Part shown: in pieces, positions 45,078 through 54,595 of the stretch | Position numbering within the stretch: the first letter of the stretch is position 1 | Layout of the letters: each line of letters opens with the position of its first letter | NCBI GenBank assembly: GCA_039800105.1 | Contig: JBDLRI010000078.1 | Coordinates: 6,469 to 70,468, forward strand | DNA from: Pseudomonadota bacterium | GTDB lineage: Bacteria > Myxococcota_A > UBA796 > SXON01 | Direction of reading: 5' to 3' | DNA length: 64,000 nucleotides | The notes under the pieces: model-generated | Databases searched by the model: none | Told to the model about the DNA's origin: nothing | What the model saw: only the letters and a program-made list of their open reading frames with translations | Translations under genes and position numbers: made by a program

Positions 45078-46601
45078 ATGGCCAGCGGCTCCCGTCGCCC
45101 GCCCAGCTTTCCGCCGGGTTCGAACCTCTCCGACTACTACCGGGTCGAGGGCCTGTGGCGTCTCGCCGAAGGGCGGATGTTCTACCTGGTCAACGACGGG
45201 CGTCCGGACCGTGAGCGCCGTCGTTGCTGGGAGTGCGGGGACGAGGAGAACGCACTGTCCGCCGCGACGTGCAGGACCTGCCGCGCCGCGCTGGAGACCC
45301 GCCGGTTCCTCGTGTCGACGCGCTGGGACAAGCCGGGGTTCGACCCGTACATGGCCTTCTTCAACAAGCAGGTCACGCACCCGGCGCTCGTCACGCCCTG
45401 CGACGTGTTCCCCTGGCCCGACGAGAACCCCGTCCAGCTCTGCTCCGTGGTGCCCTACAACGGTGAGCACCTCCTCCTCGACGAGGCGGCGCCGTTCCCC
45501 GTCGCGCGCCTCGTGGACTTCGCGCAGCGCGCGGTCGGCCTCCTGGCACTTCTGTCGCACCAGGGCGTGCGGCTGAACTGGCTGCACCGGTCGAACTTCC
45601 TCGTGCGGCCGGAGGGTGACTTCGTCCTCTTCGACCCGGACGTGGCCGAGGTGCAGGAGGGGCCGCTCGGCCCGCGCGACACCGCCGACGCCATCCGCCA
45701 GCTGGGCGAGCTGCTTCGGCGCTACACCCCGGTGGAGGCCACGGGGTGGCAGGACTTCTTCGCCGAGGTGGCCGAGGGCATGTTCGAGACGCCGCTCGAG
45801 CTGGGCCGCGCCCTGCAGATCGAGGCGCAGCGCCAGACGGGGCGGGATGCGCCGTCGACCCTGCACGCGGGCATGACCGACGTCGGGCTGCACCGCATGC
45901 TCAACGAGGACAACTGGGGCTGGGCCCGACTCGCCGATGGCATTGACCTGTTCGTGGTCGCCGACGGGATGGGCGGGCACGACTGCGGAGAGGTGGCGAG
46001 CATGCTCGCCGTGCAGACCCTGATCGCGAGCGCGCGCGCGCGCCTCAAGGGCGCCCGCCCCGACGTGGACGGGCTGGAGACCCTCTTCAACGACGCCTGC
46101 CAGGAGGCGAACAACACCATCAAGTCCAACGCGGAGCAGCGTGGCAACGACATGGGCACGACCCTCGTGGCCTGCATGCTCGTGGACGGGCGCGTAGCGC
46201 TGTGCGCGAACGTCGGCGACTCGCGCGGCTACCTGGTGCGCGACGGCACCCTGCACCAGGTCACCAAGGACCATTCGCTCGTGGCGCGCATGGTCGAGCA
46301 GAACCGCATCACCGCGGAGGAGGCGCGGCATCACCCGCACTCCAACATCCTGCTGCGCACGGTGGGGACGGAGCGCAACGTCGACATCGACATCTTCCGC
46401 GTGGACCTCGAGCCGGGAGACCGCATCCTGCTCTGCTCGGACGGGCTGTGGGGCGAGGTCGAGGACCCCGACATGGAGGAGATCCTCCGTTCCCACGAGG
46501 ACGGACGCGTCGCCGCGCGGGAACTGGTCCACGCCGCGCACATGGGTGGCGCCAAGGACAACGTGACGGTGATCCTGGCGCGGGTGCCGCCCGTCGCGTG
46601 A
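45078..46601 (+). CDS. PP2C-family Ser/Thr phosphatase fused to an N-terminal degenerate kinase-like domain with a zinc ribbon
   Basis: C-terminal half has VVADGMGGHDCGEVAS, GTTLV, NVGDSRGY, LLCSDGLW, GGAKDNVTVIL. N-terminal half has WLHRSNFLVRPEGDFVLFDPDVA (HRD/DFG-like but degenerate) and CWEC-x11-CRTC. Confidence 0.8.
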   Translation: MASGSRRPPSFPPGSNLSDYYRVEGLWRLAEGRMFYLVNDGRPDRERRRCWECGDEENALSAATCRTCRAALETRRFLVSTRWDKPGFDPYMAFFNKQVTHPALVTPCDVFPWPDENPVQLCSVVPYNGEHLLLDEAAPFPVARLVDFAQRAVGLLALLSHQGVRLNWLHRSNFLVRPEGDFVLFDPDVAEVQEGPLGPRDTADAIRQLGELLRRYTPVEATGWQDFFAEVAEGMFETPLELGRALQIEAQRQTGRDAPSTLHAGMTDVGLHRMLNEDNWGWARLADGIDLFVVADGMGGHDCGEVASMLAVQTLIASARARLKGARPDVDGLETLFNDACQEANNTIKSNAEQRGNDMGTTLVACMLVDGRVALCANVGDSRGYLVRDGTLHQVTKDHSLVARMVEQNRITAEEARHHPHSNILLRTVGTERNVDIDIFRVDLEPGDRILLCSDGLWGEVEDPDMEEILRSHEDGRVAARELVHAAHMGGAKDNVTVILARVPPVA

Positions 46602-46617
46602 CGCGCGCGGCAGCCTG

Positions 46618-48114
46618 CTAGAACGCCTCGCCCACGCCCGCCACAAGGCCCCAGGTGCCACGGTCGGGTCCGTCGAGCACCCACCCGGCATCGAGACGGG
46701 TCGTGGCGGCCTCCATGCCGGGGACGTACACGCGCAGCCCCGCCCCGGCGGTGGCGTGCCAGCCGTCGGACACCCGCCCGACGTCCTGGAACAGCGCGAT
46801 GCCGAGCGGACCGGCGAGCGGTCGTCGCAGCTCTGCCTGGGCGACGAGGACGTGCCGGTCGCGCCAGCGGCCCGCTGGCTGTCCGCGGAGCACCGAGGCG
46901 CCCCCGAGCGCGGGCCATCGCCACCACGGGCTCGTGTCGAGCAGCACCGCGTCGCCGGCGGCCCGGAACGCGACGGTCGTGGCCCCCGCCCGGAGGCGCA
47001 CGCGCGCGTCCGCACCCGCGCGGGCGTGCGGGAGGTCGCCGAGGGCCGCCTCGCCGTGGAGGCGCACCTGCCAGGGTCCCCGGCGCATCGCGTGGCCGCC
47101 GCGCGCGCCGTCGGCGCCCAGCACGACGGCGCCGCCCGGCCCCAGCGCCCGGACCCAGTCCTCCCCGTCGACACGCTCGGTGCGTGCGTCGACGCCCAGC
47201 TCGAGCGCCACGGGCACGGTGCCGGGGCGCACCCACGGAACCCCCCACGCCGCCATCCGGAGCGCCTCCAGCGGGCGACGGACCGGCACGTCCGTGCGCC
47301 AGTCGTCGAGCACGGTGCGCGTGACCAGCACGCTCCCTCCCGCGACCCGTCCCGCGAGGCTGGACGCGAGCGTGCCGCCGCCGCGCGTGTCGGCGCCGAC
47401 CTGCGAATCCCAGGTCCATGCCCGGCCCGCCGCGTCCGGGTCCACCCACCGTACGGTGGCCGCGATGCCGGCACCCGGCGCGCCGCCGAGACCGACCGCG
47501 AGCTGGCGGGTCCCCGGGTTGTCCGGCAGACGCTTGCGGGTCGCGAGCATCGCGCGACCCATGCCGTCCAGATCGGGGCGCGGTTCGCCCGTGGGCGTGC
47601 GCAGGAGCGCCGGATCGGCGCCCGCGGCCACCCGGCGCGCGCGGGCCGGACCGTCGTCGAGGCCCTCGAGGATCCCCGTCACCGCGGCGGGATCGCCCCC
47701 GAACCCCGCGGGGAGCAGGAGCGCCAGCTCGGCCTCCGCCAGCCGGCACGCCACGGAGTCGGGCGGGCACGAATCGAGCGCGCGGAACAGCGCGCCCTGG
47801 TGACGCAGCGGCGAGAGGTTCGTCCCCAGGACCATCGCGCGCAGGCGGGCGCGGGCCTCCAGCGCCGCGAGCGCGTCGCGGGGGTCCCCGCCGGCGCGTG
47901 CGGTCGCGGCGTCGCGCCACGCGTCGGCGAAGCGCTGGCGCGCCGTGCGGCGATCGCCGGCCCACCAGGCCTCGTCCCCGGCGTCGAGCCCCGCGGCGAT
48001 CTCCGTGGCGTCGGACGCGGGAGGGGCGTCGGCGGCCCGGACGGGTTCCACGTGGAACACCGCGCACCCCGCCAGCACGCACACCTGGAACGGACGGAGG
48101 GCTCCGTCAGGCAA
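46618..48114 (-). CDS. Omp85/surface-antigen-type outer-membrane beta-barrel protein
   Basis: C-terminal LGGASVLRGQPAGRW...GIALFQDVGRV...GAGLRVY...RLDAGW...GVGEAF (terminal Phe). Start uncertain; it overlaps the rocD stop by 8 nt. Confidence 0.55.
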   Translation of the reverse strand: MPDGALRPFQVCVLAGCAVFHVEPVRAADAPPASDATEIAAGLDAGDEAWWAGDRRTARQRFADAWRDAATARAGGDPRDALAALEARARLRAMVLGTNLSPLRHQGALFRALDSCPPDSVACRLAEAELALLLPAGFGGDPAAVTGILEGLDDGPARARRVAAGADPALLRTPTGEPRPDLDGMGRAMLATRKRLPDNPGTRQLAVGLGGAPGAGIAATVRWVDPDAAGRAWTWDSQVGADTRGGGTLASSLAGRVAGGSVLVTRTVLDDWRTDVPVRRPLEALRMAAWGVPWVRPGTVPVALELGVDARTERVDGEDWVRALGPGGAVVLGADGARGGHAMRRGPWQVRLHGEAALGDLPHARAGADARVRLRAGATTVAFRAAGDAVLLDTSPWWRWPALGGASVLRGQPAGRWRDRHVLVAQAELRRPLAGPLGIALFQDVGRVSDGWHATAGAGLRVYVPGMEAATTRLDAGWVLDGPDRGTWGLVAGVGEAF

Positions 48115-49291
48115 GGACGCGCTCCAGGCGCTCGACCGCCCAGGCCAGCTCTTCCTCGGTGATGACGAGGGGCGGTGCGAGGCGGATCACGTGGGTGTGG
48201 GTGTCCTTGCACAGCACTCCCAGCTCCGCGAGGCGCTCGCAGTACGGCCGTGCGGGTCCGGCGTCGGCGTGCAGCTCGATGCCGACGAGCAGTCCGCGGC
48301 CGCGCACCTCGCGGACGCGCGGCGTGCGGAGGCCGTCCAGCGCCTGCCGCAGCCACGTGCCCCGGGCCTCGGCGCGCGCAGCCAGCTCCTCGTCGACCAG
48401 CACGTCGAGGGCTGCGTGCCCCACGGCGGCGGCGAGCGGGTTGCCGCCGAAGGTGGAGCCGTGGCTTCCGGGCGTGAACACGTCCATGACCGCGTCGTCG
48501 GCGCAGAAGGCGCTCACGGGGATGACGCCGCCCCCGAGCGCCTTCCCGATGGTGATGCCGTCGGGCCGGATGTCCTCGTGCTCGAAGCACCACGTGCGAC
48601 CGGTCCGGCCGAGGCCCGTCTGGATCTCGTCGAGCACCATCAGCACGCCGGCGCGGTCACACGCGGCCCGCACCGCCCGCAGGTAGCCCGGCGGCGGCAC
48701 GAGGATGCCCGCCTCGCCCTGGATCGGTTCGAGGAACACCCCGGCGGTGTTCGGGCCGATCGCGGCCTCGAGCGCTGCGGCGTCCCCGTAGGGCACGACG
48801 ACGAAGCCCGGTGTGAACGGGCCGAAGCCGTCCCGGTACTCCGGCTCGGTCGAGAAGCTCACGAGCGTGGTCGTACGGCCGTGGAAGTTGCCGGCCGCCA
48901 CGAGGATCTCCGCGCGTCCCTCCGGGATTCCCCGCATGCGGTAGCCCCACCGCCGCACGGCCTTGATCGCCGTCTCGCAGGCCTCCGCGCCCGTGTTCAT
49001 CGGCAGCGCGCGCGCGAAGCCGGACACCTCGGACAGCCGCGCCAGGAAGGGGCCGAGCTGGTCGTTGTGGAAGGCCCGTGACGTGAGCGTCACGCGCTCC
49101 ATCTGGGCCCGCGCGGCCGCGAGGATGCGTGGATGGCGGTGGCCGTGGTTGAGCGCCGAGTAGCTCGACAGGAGGTCGAGATGGCGACGGCCGGACGCGT
49201 CGTGCACCCAGCACCCCTCGGCGTGGGTGATCTCGAGGGGGAGTGGGTGGTAGTTGTGGGCGCCGTGGCGCTCCGAGAGCAGGATGGACAT
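48107..49291 (-). CDS. rocD: ornithine--oxo-acid aminotransferase
   Basis: HGAHNYHPLPLEI, SSYSALNHGHRHP, class-III aminotransferase layout, LDEIQTGLGRTG. Confidence 0.85.
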   Translation of the reverse strand: MSILLSERHGAHNYHPLPLEITHAEGCWVHDASGRRHLDLLSSYSALNHGHRHPRILAAARAQMERVTLTSRAFHNDQLGPFLARLSEVSGFARALPMNTGAEACETAIKAVRRWGYRMRGIPEGRAEILVAAGNFHGRTTTLVSFSTEPEYRDGFGPFTPGFVVVPYGDAAALEAAIGPNTAGVFLEPIQGEAGILVPPPGYLRAVRAACDRAGVLMVLDEIQTGLGRTGRTWCFEHEDIRPDGITIGKALGGGVIPVSAFCADDAVMDVFTPGSHGSTFGGNPLAAAVGHAALDVLVDEELAARAEARGTWLRQALDGLRTPRVREVRGRGLLVGIELHADAGPARPYCERLAELGVLCKDTHTHVIRLAPPLVITEEELAWAVERLERVLA

Positions 49292-49340
49292 GCGATGTCC
49301 TAACCGGCGGAAAAGCAGTCCACACCGGAGTGCTGGGCGG

Positions 49341-50576
49341 CTACGCGGCGGGGGCGCCCTCCGGCGGGGTGAAGGCGCGGACCGTGGCGTCGTAGAGATC
49401 GATGACGCGCCGGACGTACTGCCGCTTCTCGTAGTAGCTTCCGGGGTAGAAGCTGCGCTTGAAGCTGTGGATGACGATGTCGCGCAGCTCGCGCGGCGTC
49501 ACCCCGCACTCCCGCACCGCGAGCGCCAGTTCGTCGGTCATGGTCGTGTGGGAGACGAGGCGGTTGTCCGTGCACAGCGACACGCTCAGGCGGTTGTCGA
49601 GCATGGCGCGGACGGTGTGCCGGGACGGGTGGGCGATGCTCGGGTTGGTCTGCAGGTTGGAGGTCAGGCAGACCTCCAGCGTCACGCGTCGGTCCGCGAT
49701 GTACTCCGCCATGCGGGTCACGTAGCGTTGCGGGTCCTTCACGCGGGGGTCGGTCACGCGCTGCGCGTCGAAGAGCAGGTAGCCGTGCCCGATGCGGTCG
49801 GCGTGCAGCTCCGTGATCGCCTGGAAGATGCTCTCGGCGCCGTAGGCCTCTCCGGCGTGGACGGTCTTGTGCAGGAAGTTCGCGTGGGCGAAGGCGTAGG
49901 CCTCGCGGTGGTCGTCCGCGGGGTAGCCGTCCTCCTGGCCGGCCAGGTCGAAGCCCACGACGGGGATCCCGGCCTCGTCGCGCGCCCACACCGCCTCCCG
50001 GGCGAGCTCCAGGCTCGCGAGTCCGTAGACCTTCTTGCGGGGAGCGGACGGCAACGCCCGCAGGAGCTGGCCGTAGTAGGTGCTGAACTGCTCCGTGAAC
50101 ATGCGCAGGGCGCACACGATGATGCCGTAGCGGAAGGGCAGCGCCACGCCCGCGGGCGTGAGGTTCATCTCCCGGGCGGCCCGTGCGAGGCCGGCATCGA
50201 CCGCCGCGAGGACCTCGCGCGTGGAGAGGCGCTCGTGCTGGTGGAGCTGCGGCGCGAAGCGCACCTCCACGTAGCGCACCCCCTCGTTCCAGTTGTCCCA
50301 GGCGAACTCGTAGGCCACGCGCTCGAGCGCCTCCGCGTCCTGCATCACCGCGCACGTCCAGGCAAACCCGGCGAGGTACTCCCCGAGGTTGGCGTAGGCC
50401 GGCTTGAACACCAGCTCCCGCATTCCGTCGACGGTGCCCGACGGCAGGGCCACCCCGCGGGCGTGGGCCAGCTCGACGAGCGTCTCCAGGCGCAGGGAGC
50501 CGTCCAGGTGGACGTGGAGGTCGGCCTTCGGGAGGGCCCGGAGAAACGCGGGCGTCAGCAAAGGTGGGGTCGCCAT
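49341..50576 (-). CDS. add: adenosine/adenine deaminase-family protein
   Basis: LPKADLHVHLDGSLR metal motif, GHGY, SLCTDNRLVS. ATG 50576 inside ORF 49341..50729. Longer than classical Add. Confidence 0.75.
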   Translation of the reverse strand: MATPPLLTPAFLRALPKADLHVHLDGSLRLETLVELAHARGVALPSGTVDGMRELVFKPAYANLGEYLAGFAWTCAVMQDAEALERVAYEFAWDNWNEGVRYVEVRFAPQLHQHERLSTREVLAAVDAGLARAAREMNLTPAGVALPFRYGIIVCALRMFTEQFSTYYGQLLRALPSAPRKKVYGLASLELAREAVWARDEAGIPVVGFDLAGQEDGYPADDHREAYAFAHANFLHKTVHAGEAYGAESIFQAITELHADRIGHGYLLFDAQRVTDPRVKDPQRYVTRMAEYIADRRVTLEVCLTSNLQTNPSIAHPSRHTVRAMLDNRLSVSLCTDNRLVSHTTMTDELALAVRECGVTPRELRDIVIHSFKRSFYPGSYYEKRQYVRRVIDLYDATVRAFTPPEGAPAA

Positions 50577-50652
50577 GCCGCGACGTATCGTGGGGCCTTG
50601 ATCGCTGCGAGCGTCCCCGCTATACGCGCGGCCGGAGTTCCGAGAGTCCCCC

Positions 50653-51042
50653 ATGATGCAGCTGCCCGTGGACATGCGCGACGCCTTGGTCGAACAGCTG
50701 GACGAGTACCTCGACGCCCAGCCGAGCACCCCCGACCCCGAGGCGGTCGCCAGCTACATCGTGGAGCTGGTCGGCAGCATCGCCGAGGAGCTGAAGATCG
50801 ACGACGCCGACGAGATCATCCTCAAGCTGGAGTCCTCCGGCGAGCTGGAGGCCGGTCTGGCCGAGGTGCTCGAGGAAGAGTTCGAGAGCAACGGCGAGTT
50901 CGAGTTCACGGGGGAGGAGGTGGTGTCCCTCCTCGAGAAGCTCTGTGACGTCGAATGGTCCTCGGAGGATGACGAGGATCTCGACGAGGACGACGATTCC
51001 GGTTTCTTCGACGACCTCGCCGCCGAAGAGGACGACGACTGA
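50653..51042 (+). CDS. hypothetical highly acidic protein (129 aa)
   Basis: Strong GC3 bias in this frame and about 40% D/E. C-terminus DEDDDSGFFDDLAAEEDDD. The antisense ORF 50620..51063 is rejected. Confidence 0.6.
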   Translation: MMQLPVDMRDALVEQLDEYLDAQPSTPDPEAVASYIVELVGSIAEELKIDDADEIILKLESSGELEAGLAEVLEEEFESNGEFEFTGEEVVSLLEKLCDVEWSSEDDEDLDEDDDSGFFDDLAAEEDDD

Positions 51043-51088
51043 GACGCCGGCCCGCGTCGGCACGCGGGGTGGGCGAACGCGCCAAATC

Positions 51089-52810
51089 GTGCGACGATCG
51101 CAGGCGGTGACCCGAACGACCCTCCTGATCCTCGTCGCGCTGGTGTTGCTGCAGGCCCCGTGGCTCTCGCGCCCGCCGCACTACGACGAGGCGAACTTTC
51201 TCGCCCTCGCGCAGGGTGCGGTCGTCGATCCGTGGCGACCCCACGACGTGCGCATCAACTGGCAGGGAACGGAGCAGCGCGCCTTCGAGGTGCTGTCCAA
51301 CCCTCCCGGAATCGCCTGGTGGCTGGCGCCGGTGGTCGATCTGCACGTGGCCGTGCAGCGCATCTGGATGTTGCCCTGGCTGGGGCTGGCGCTGTGGGGC
51401 ATGCAGCGGCTCTCGCTGCGCTTCACCGGGGACGGCGAACGAGGTGCGCTCCTGCTGCTCACCTCCCCCGTGGTGTTCCTCGCCACTCCGGCGCTGCTGC
51501 CGGACGCGCCGCTGCTGGCGCTGTCCGTGGCCGGCCTGGCGGGGTTCGTGCACGCGGTCGACCGGGAGCGCCCCACGTCCGGGTGGGCGCTGCTGCTCGG
51601 CCTCGCCGCGCTGTTCCGCTACAGCGCGATCCCGCTCCTGGGGTTGCCGGCGCTCTACGCCATGCGTCGCGGGCGCTCGCCGCTCCTCGCGCTGCCGGGG
51701 ATGGTGCCGATCGTGGCGCTGGCACTGCACGACCTCCACGCCTACGGTGCGGTGCACCTCGTGGAGATGGGGCGTTTCCAGACCGTGTCCAACGGACTGG
51801 CCGACCTTGGACACAAGGCGGTCGCGGCGGTGTGCTTCGTCGGGGGCGTGGCGTGCCTGCCGTGGTTTCGGTGGAGGCCGGGCACCGTGGTCGGCGCGGT
51901 CGCAGGTGCGCTCGCGGCATCGCCGTGGGGGCTCGTGGCCGGGTTGTTCGGCGCGGCGGGCGGGGCGATCCTGGCGGCGGGGTGGCAGGCCGAGGGGGTG
52001 CTGGACGGAAACCTGCGCGATCAGCGCTTCCTGCGCGCATGGTGGGTCGGTGGGCTGATCTTCCTGCTCACGCTGCGCTTCACCGCGGCGCGCTACTGGC
52101 TGCCCTTCCTGCCGGCGCTGGTGCTGTGCCTCCCGACACAGCGCTGGACGCGGCGGCTGCTCGCGGCGCAGCTCGCGCTGGGCGTGCTCCTGGCCGCGGA
52201 TGACGACCGCAGCGCGCGGGCGCAGGAGCAGCTCGCGACGCAGGTCGCGCGGCTGGGCAGCGGACTGTTCACCGGTCACTGGGGGTGGCAGTGGCAGATG
52301 GAGGCGCGCGGGTGGCGGGCTGCCGACGAGGGAAGCCGTCCCGACCCCCGCAGCCTCGTCGCCATTCCGCGGGAGGCGTGGCCGCAGCCGCTCCAGGCGC
52401 CGTGCGACCGCGTGCGCTGGGAGGGTGCCGCGCATCCTCCCCTTCCCTGGCTGCCGCGCGGCTACACGCGCGCAGGGCAGGCCAGCCTGCACGCCAACTG
52501 GATCGCGGCCGAGGTCCCGGGGGACCCGCCGATGCGTACGGTCATCCCCTGGACCTTCGCGCAGGACCCCTACGAGCGTGTCCGCGTCTGCCAGGCCTGC
52601 GGGGACAGCTGCGACCCGGAGGTGGCACCGGCCGCTGCCGCACCGGCGCGGATGCCCGCGACCCCTCCGGTCGAGGCATCCGCCCGGCCGGCGGGACCGT
52701 CCGGGAACCGTCCGGGTCCATCGGTCCGGGGCGCCGGCGCAGCGCGGACACCCTCGCGTCCGAACGCCCCCCGGCCGCCGTCCCGTCTTACGTCGCCCCG
52801 CACGCCGTAG
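51089..52810 (+). CDS. GT-C-fold (ArnT/PMT-like) membrane glycosyltransferase candidate
   Basis: Multi-TM N-terminal region with PPHYDEANF (DE-type first-loop motif) and a soluble C-terminal part. Start is GTG 51089 or GTG 51107. Confidence 0.5.
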   Translation: MRRSQAVTRTTLLILVALVLLQAPWLSRPPHYDEANFLALAQGAVVDPWRPHDVRINWQGTEQRAFEVLSNPPGIAWWLAPVVDLHVAVQRIWMLPWLGLALWGMQRLSLRFTGDGERGALLLLTSPVVFLATPALLPDAPLLALSVAGLAGFVHAVDRERPTSGWALLLGLAALFRYSAIPLLGLPALYAMRRGRSPLLALPGMVPIVALALHDLHAYGAVHLVEMGRFQTVSNGLADLGHKAVAAVCFVGGVACLPWFRWRPGTVVGAVAGALAASPWGLVAGLFGAAGGAILAAGWQAEGVLDGNLRDQRFLRAWWVGGLIFLLTLRFTAARYWLPFLPALVLCLPTQRWTRRLLAAQLALGVLLAADDDRSARAQEQLATQVARLGSGLFTGHWGWQWQMEARGWRAADEGSRPDPRSLVAIPREAWPQPLQAPCDRVRWEGAAHPPLPWLPRGYTRAGQASLHANWIAAEVPGDPPMRTVIPWTFAQDPYERVRVCQACGDSCDPEVAPAAAAPARMPATPPVEASARPAGPSGNRPGPSVRGAGAARTPSRPNAPRPPSRLTSPRTP

Positions 52811-52834
52811 CGGGGGCGCGGAGGGCCCTGCGCG

Positions 52835-54589
52835 TCAGCGGCGGGTGCCACGCGCGCGGACGCGGGCCATCTGTGCGTAGGTGCCCACGTGCGGGATGCG
52901 GGAGTCCATGGCGCGGGCCGCGTCGAGATCCTCGCACGCGCCGTGCCAGTCCTTCAGGTAGAACCGCGCCAGGCCGCGGCGGCACAACGCGAGCGCGTGG
53001 TCGGGGTGTTCCCGGAACGGGTCGGCCACCAGCGCGGAGTCGTAGGCGACGACGGCGGCGCCGTAGTCCTTCTGCGCGAAATAGGCCTCGGCGCGCACCA
53101 TGCGCGGCCCCGCCGCGAACGGGGCGAGGGCCTCGGCGGCGGCCGCGTCGCGGAGCGCGGACGTGCTGTCGGCAAGCTCCACGTGGACCCGTGCGCGGGC
53201 CAGGAGCGCCTCGAGGTGGGACGGGCACAGCGCGAGGACCGCGCTCCACCCCGCGAGCGCCCCGGGCAGATCGGCGACCTCCGTGCGGCGCAGGGCTTCC
53301 GCGAGGGCGGCGCGCACGTCGGGATGGTCCTCGGGCAGGACGGCGGCGGGCGGTCGCGGGTCGGTGGACTCCTCCCGAAACTCCGCGACCACGGGGGCCG
53401 CCGGGGGTTCCGGCGCGACGGGGCGGGCGACCGAGGGCGTCGCGTCCTCGTCGCTTTCCAGCTCGACATCGTCGCGGATCACGGTGGGGACATCGTCGTA
53501 GAGGCCGTCCGCCTCCGGAGGCGGCTGCAGGCCCGCGACCCGGATGGCGGTGATGACGCGGGCGAAGGCATCCCCGTCGGGTGCGGCCTCCGGAGGCTCC
53601 GGCAGGGTGAACTCCGGCACCACCGCGCGCGGCGTGGCGACGGGGTCCTCGTCGACCGGCTCGGCGCCCTCGCCGGAGATCGGGAGCGAGTCCCACCGGT
53701 AGCCGGTGACGAAGCCCGCGCCGCGCCGTACGGCCTGCACCGGCTGCGCGACCGTGGGGAAGCGGATTTCAGGGACCTGGCCGCGCAACTCCGCGGGCTC
53801 CTCGGCGCTGGACCGCCCGTCGCCGCCGAGGACGTAGTCCGCGTCGGTCCATGCGGGTCGCGGGGGCGGGAGGGCAACCTCCGTGACCAGGACGGGCGTT
53901 GCGGGCACGTCGCCGCGGTGGGCCCCGTCAGGGGCCTCGCGCGGTGCGCGTGGGGAGGACGTGTCCGCCGGAGGCGGCGCCGCGCCGGGCTCGGCGAGCG
54001 CCGGTGGCGGGGGCGTTGCGGGGGCGGCCTGAGCCCCCGCCCCAGGAGGCGGAGCGGCCCAGGCGGGATGCGGCTCCTCCGGTGTCGGTTCCGCAGGAAC
54101 CTCGTGAGGCACGGCATCATCGGGGAGCGCGACGAGCTCCAGCACCCGGTCGCGCGGGAGACCCATGCCGAGCAGGCGGACCGCGAGGGCCGCGCGTACG
54201 AGCGGCTCGGAGAAGGTGTCGTCCGGGGGGGCGTCGTCGCGACGCGCGGGGCCGGGCGTGAACGCCGCCCGGGCTTCCTGTTCGAGCGCCGCGATGCGCG
54301 TGCGCACGGCACGGGCGCGGGCCGCCTCCGCGAGGGCCTGGGGCGAGAAACGCGGCACCGCGTCCTCGGACGCCGACGATTCCGGCGCACGCCCGTCCGC
54401 CACGTCCTGCAGGCGTCGGATGCGAACCAGCACGGGGGTAGCGGGCCGGCCGGGCCGCGCCGCGGCCGCGAGGCGCCGGGCGCGCAGGGGCGGGAGGTTC
54501 GAGGCGGCGACCTCCAGCAGCGCGCCGCGCGCGTCCTCGACGGTGGCCAGCAGGCGCCGTGCGGCCTCCAGCGCGCGGGTGTCCGCCAC
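52835..54589 (-). CDS. Pro-rich protein with C-terminal TPR-like domain
   Basis: GTG 54589 with AAGGAG 9 nt upstream. Long P/A/E-rich middle; the C-terminal ~170 aa are TPR-like (AYFAQKDYGAAVVAYDSAL...). Hairpin repeat 54009-54046 is read in frame. Confidence 0.6.
   Translation of the reverse strand: MADTRALEAARRLLATVEDARGALLEVAASNLPPLRARRLAAAARPGRPATPVLVRIRRLQDVADGRAPESSASEDAVPRFSPQALAEAARARAVRTRIAALEQEARAAFTPGPARRDDAPPDDTFSEPLVRAALAVRLLGMGLPRDRVLELVALPDDAVPHEVPAEPTPEEPHPAWAAPPPGAGAQAAPATPPPPALAEPGAAPPPADTSSPRAPREAPDGAHRGDVPATPVLVTEVALPPPRPAWTDADYVLGGDGRSSAEEPAELRGQVPEIRFPTVAQPVQAVRRGAGFVTGYRWDSLPISGEGAEPVDEDPVATPRAVVPEFTLPEPPEAAPDGDAFARVITAIRVAGLQPPPEADGLYDDVPTVIRDDVELESDEDATPSVARPVAPEPPAAPVVAEFREESTDPRPPAAVLPEDHPDVRAALAEALRRTEVADLPGALAGWSAVLALCPSHLEALLARARVHVELADSTSALRDAAAAEALAPFAAGPRMVRAEAYFAQKDYGAAVVAYDSALVADPFREHPDHALALCRRGLARFYLKDWHGACEDLDAARAMDSRIPHVGTYAQMARVRARGTRR
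54009..54046 (+). repeat. G/C hairpin repeat, short form, copy G (inside the TPR-protein CDS, antisense orientation)
   Basis: GGGGGCGTTGCGGGGGCGGCCTGAGCCCCCGCCCCAGG, read on the minus strand as PGAGAQAAPATPP. Confidence 0.85.
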
Positions 54590-54595
54590 GGGCGG

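Noticed and set aside
43536-47474. 1312-aa minus-strand ORF and the mirror 1027-aa plus-strand ORF 43518..46601
   Set aside because: Only the 3' 1266 nt of the minus ORF (tgt, from ATG 44801 with an RBS) and the 3' 1524 nt of the plus ORF (pseudokinase-PP2C, from ATG 45078) carry recognisable motifs. The remainders are antisense read-through of each other and of the repeat-filled intergenic region.
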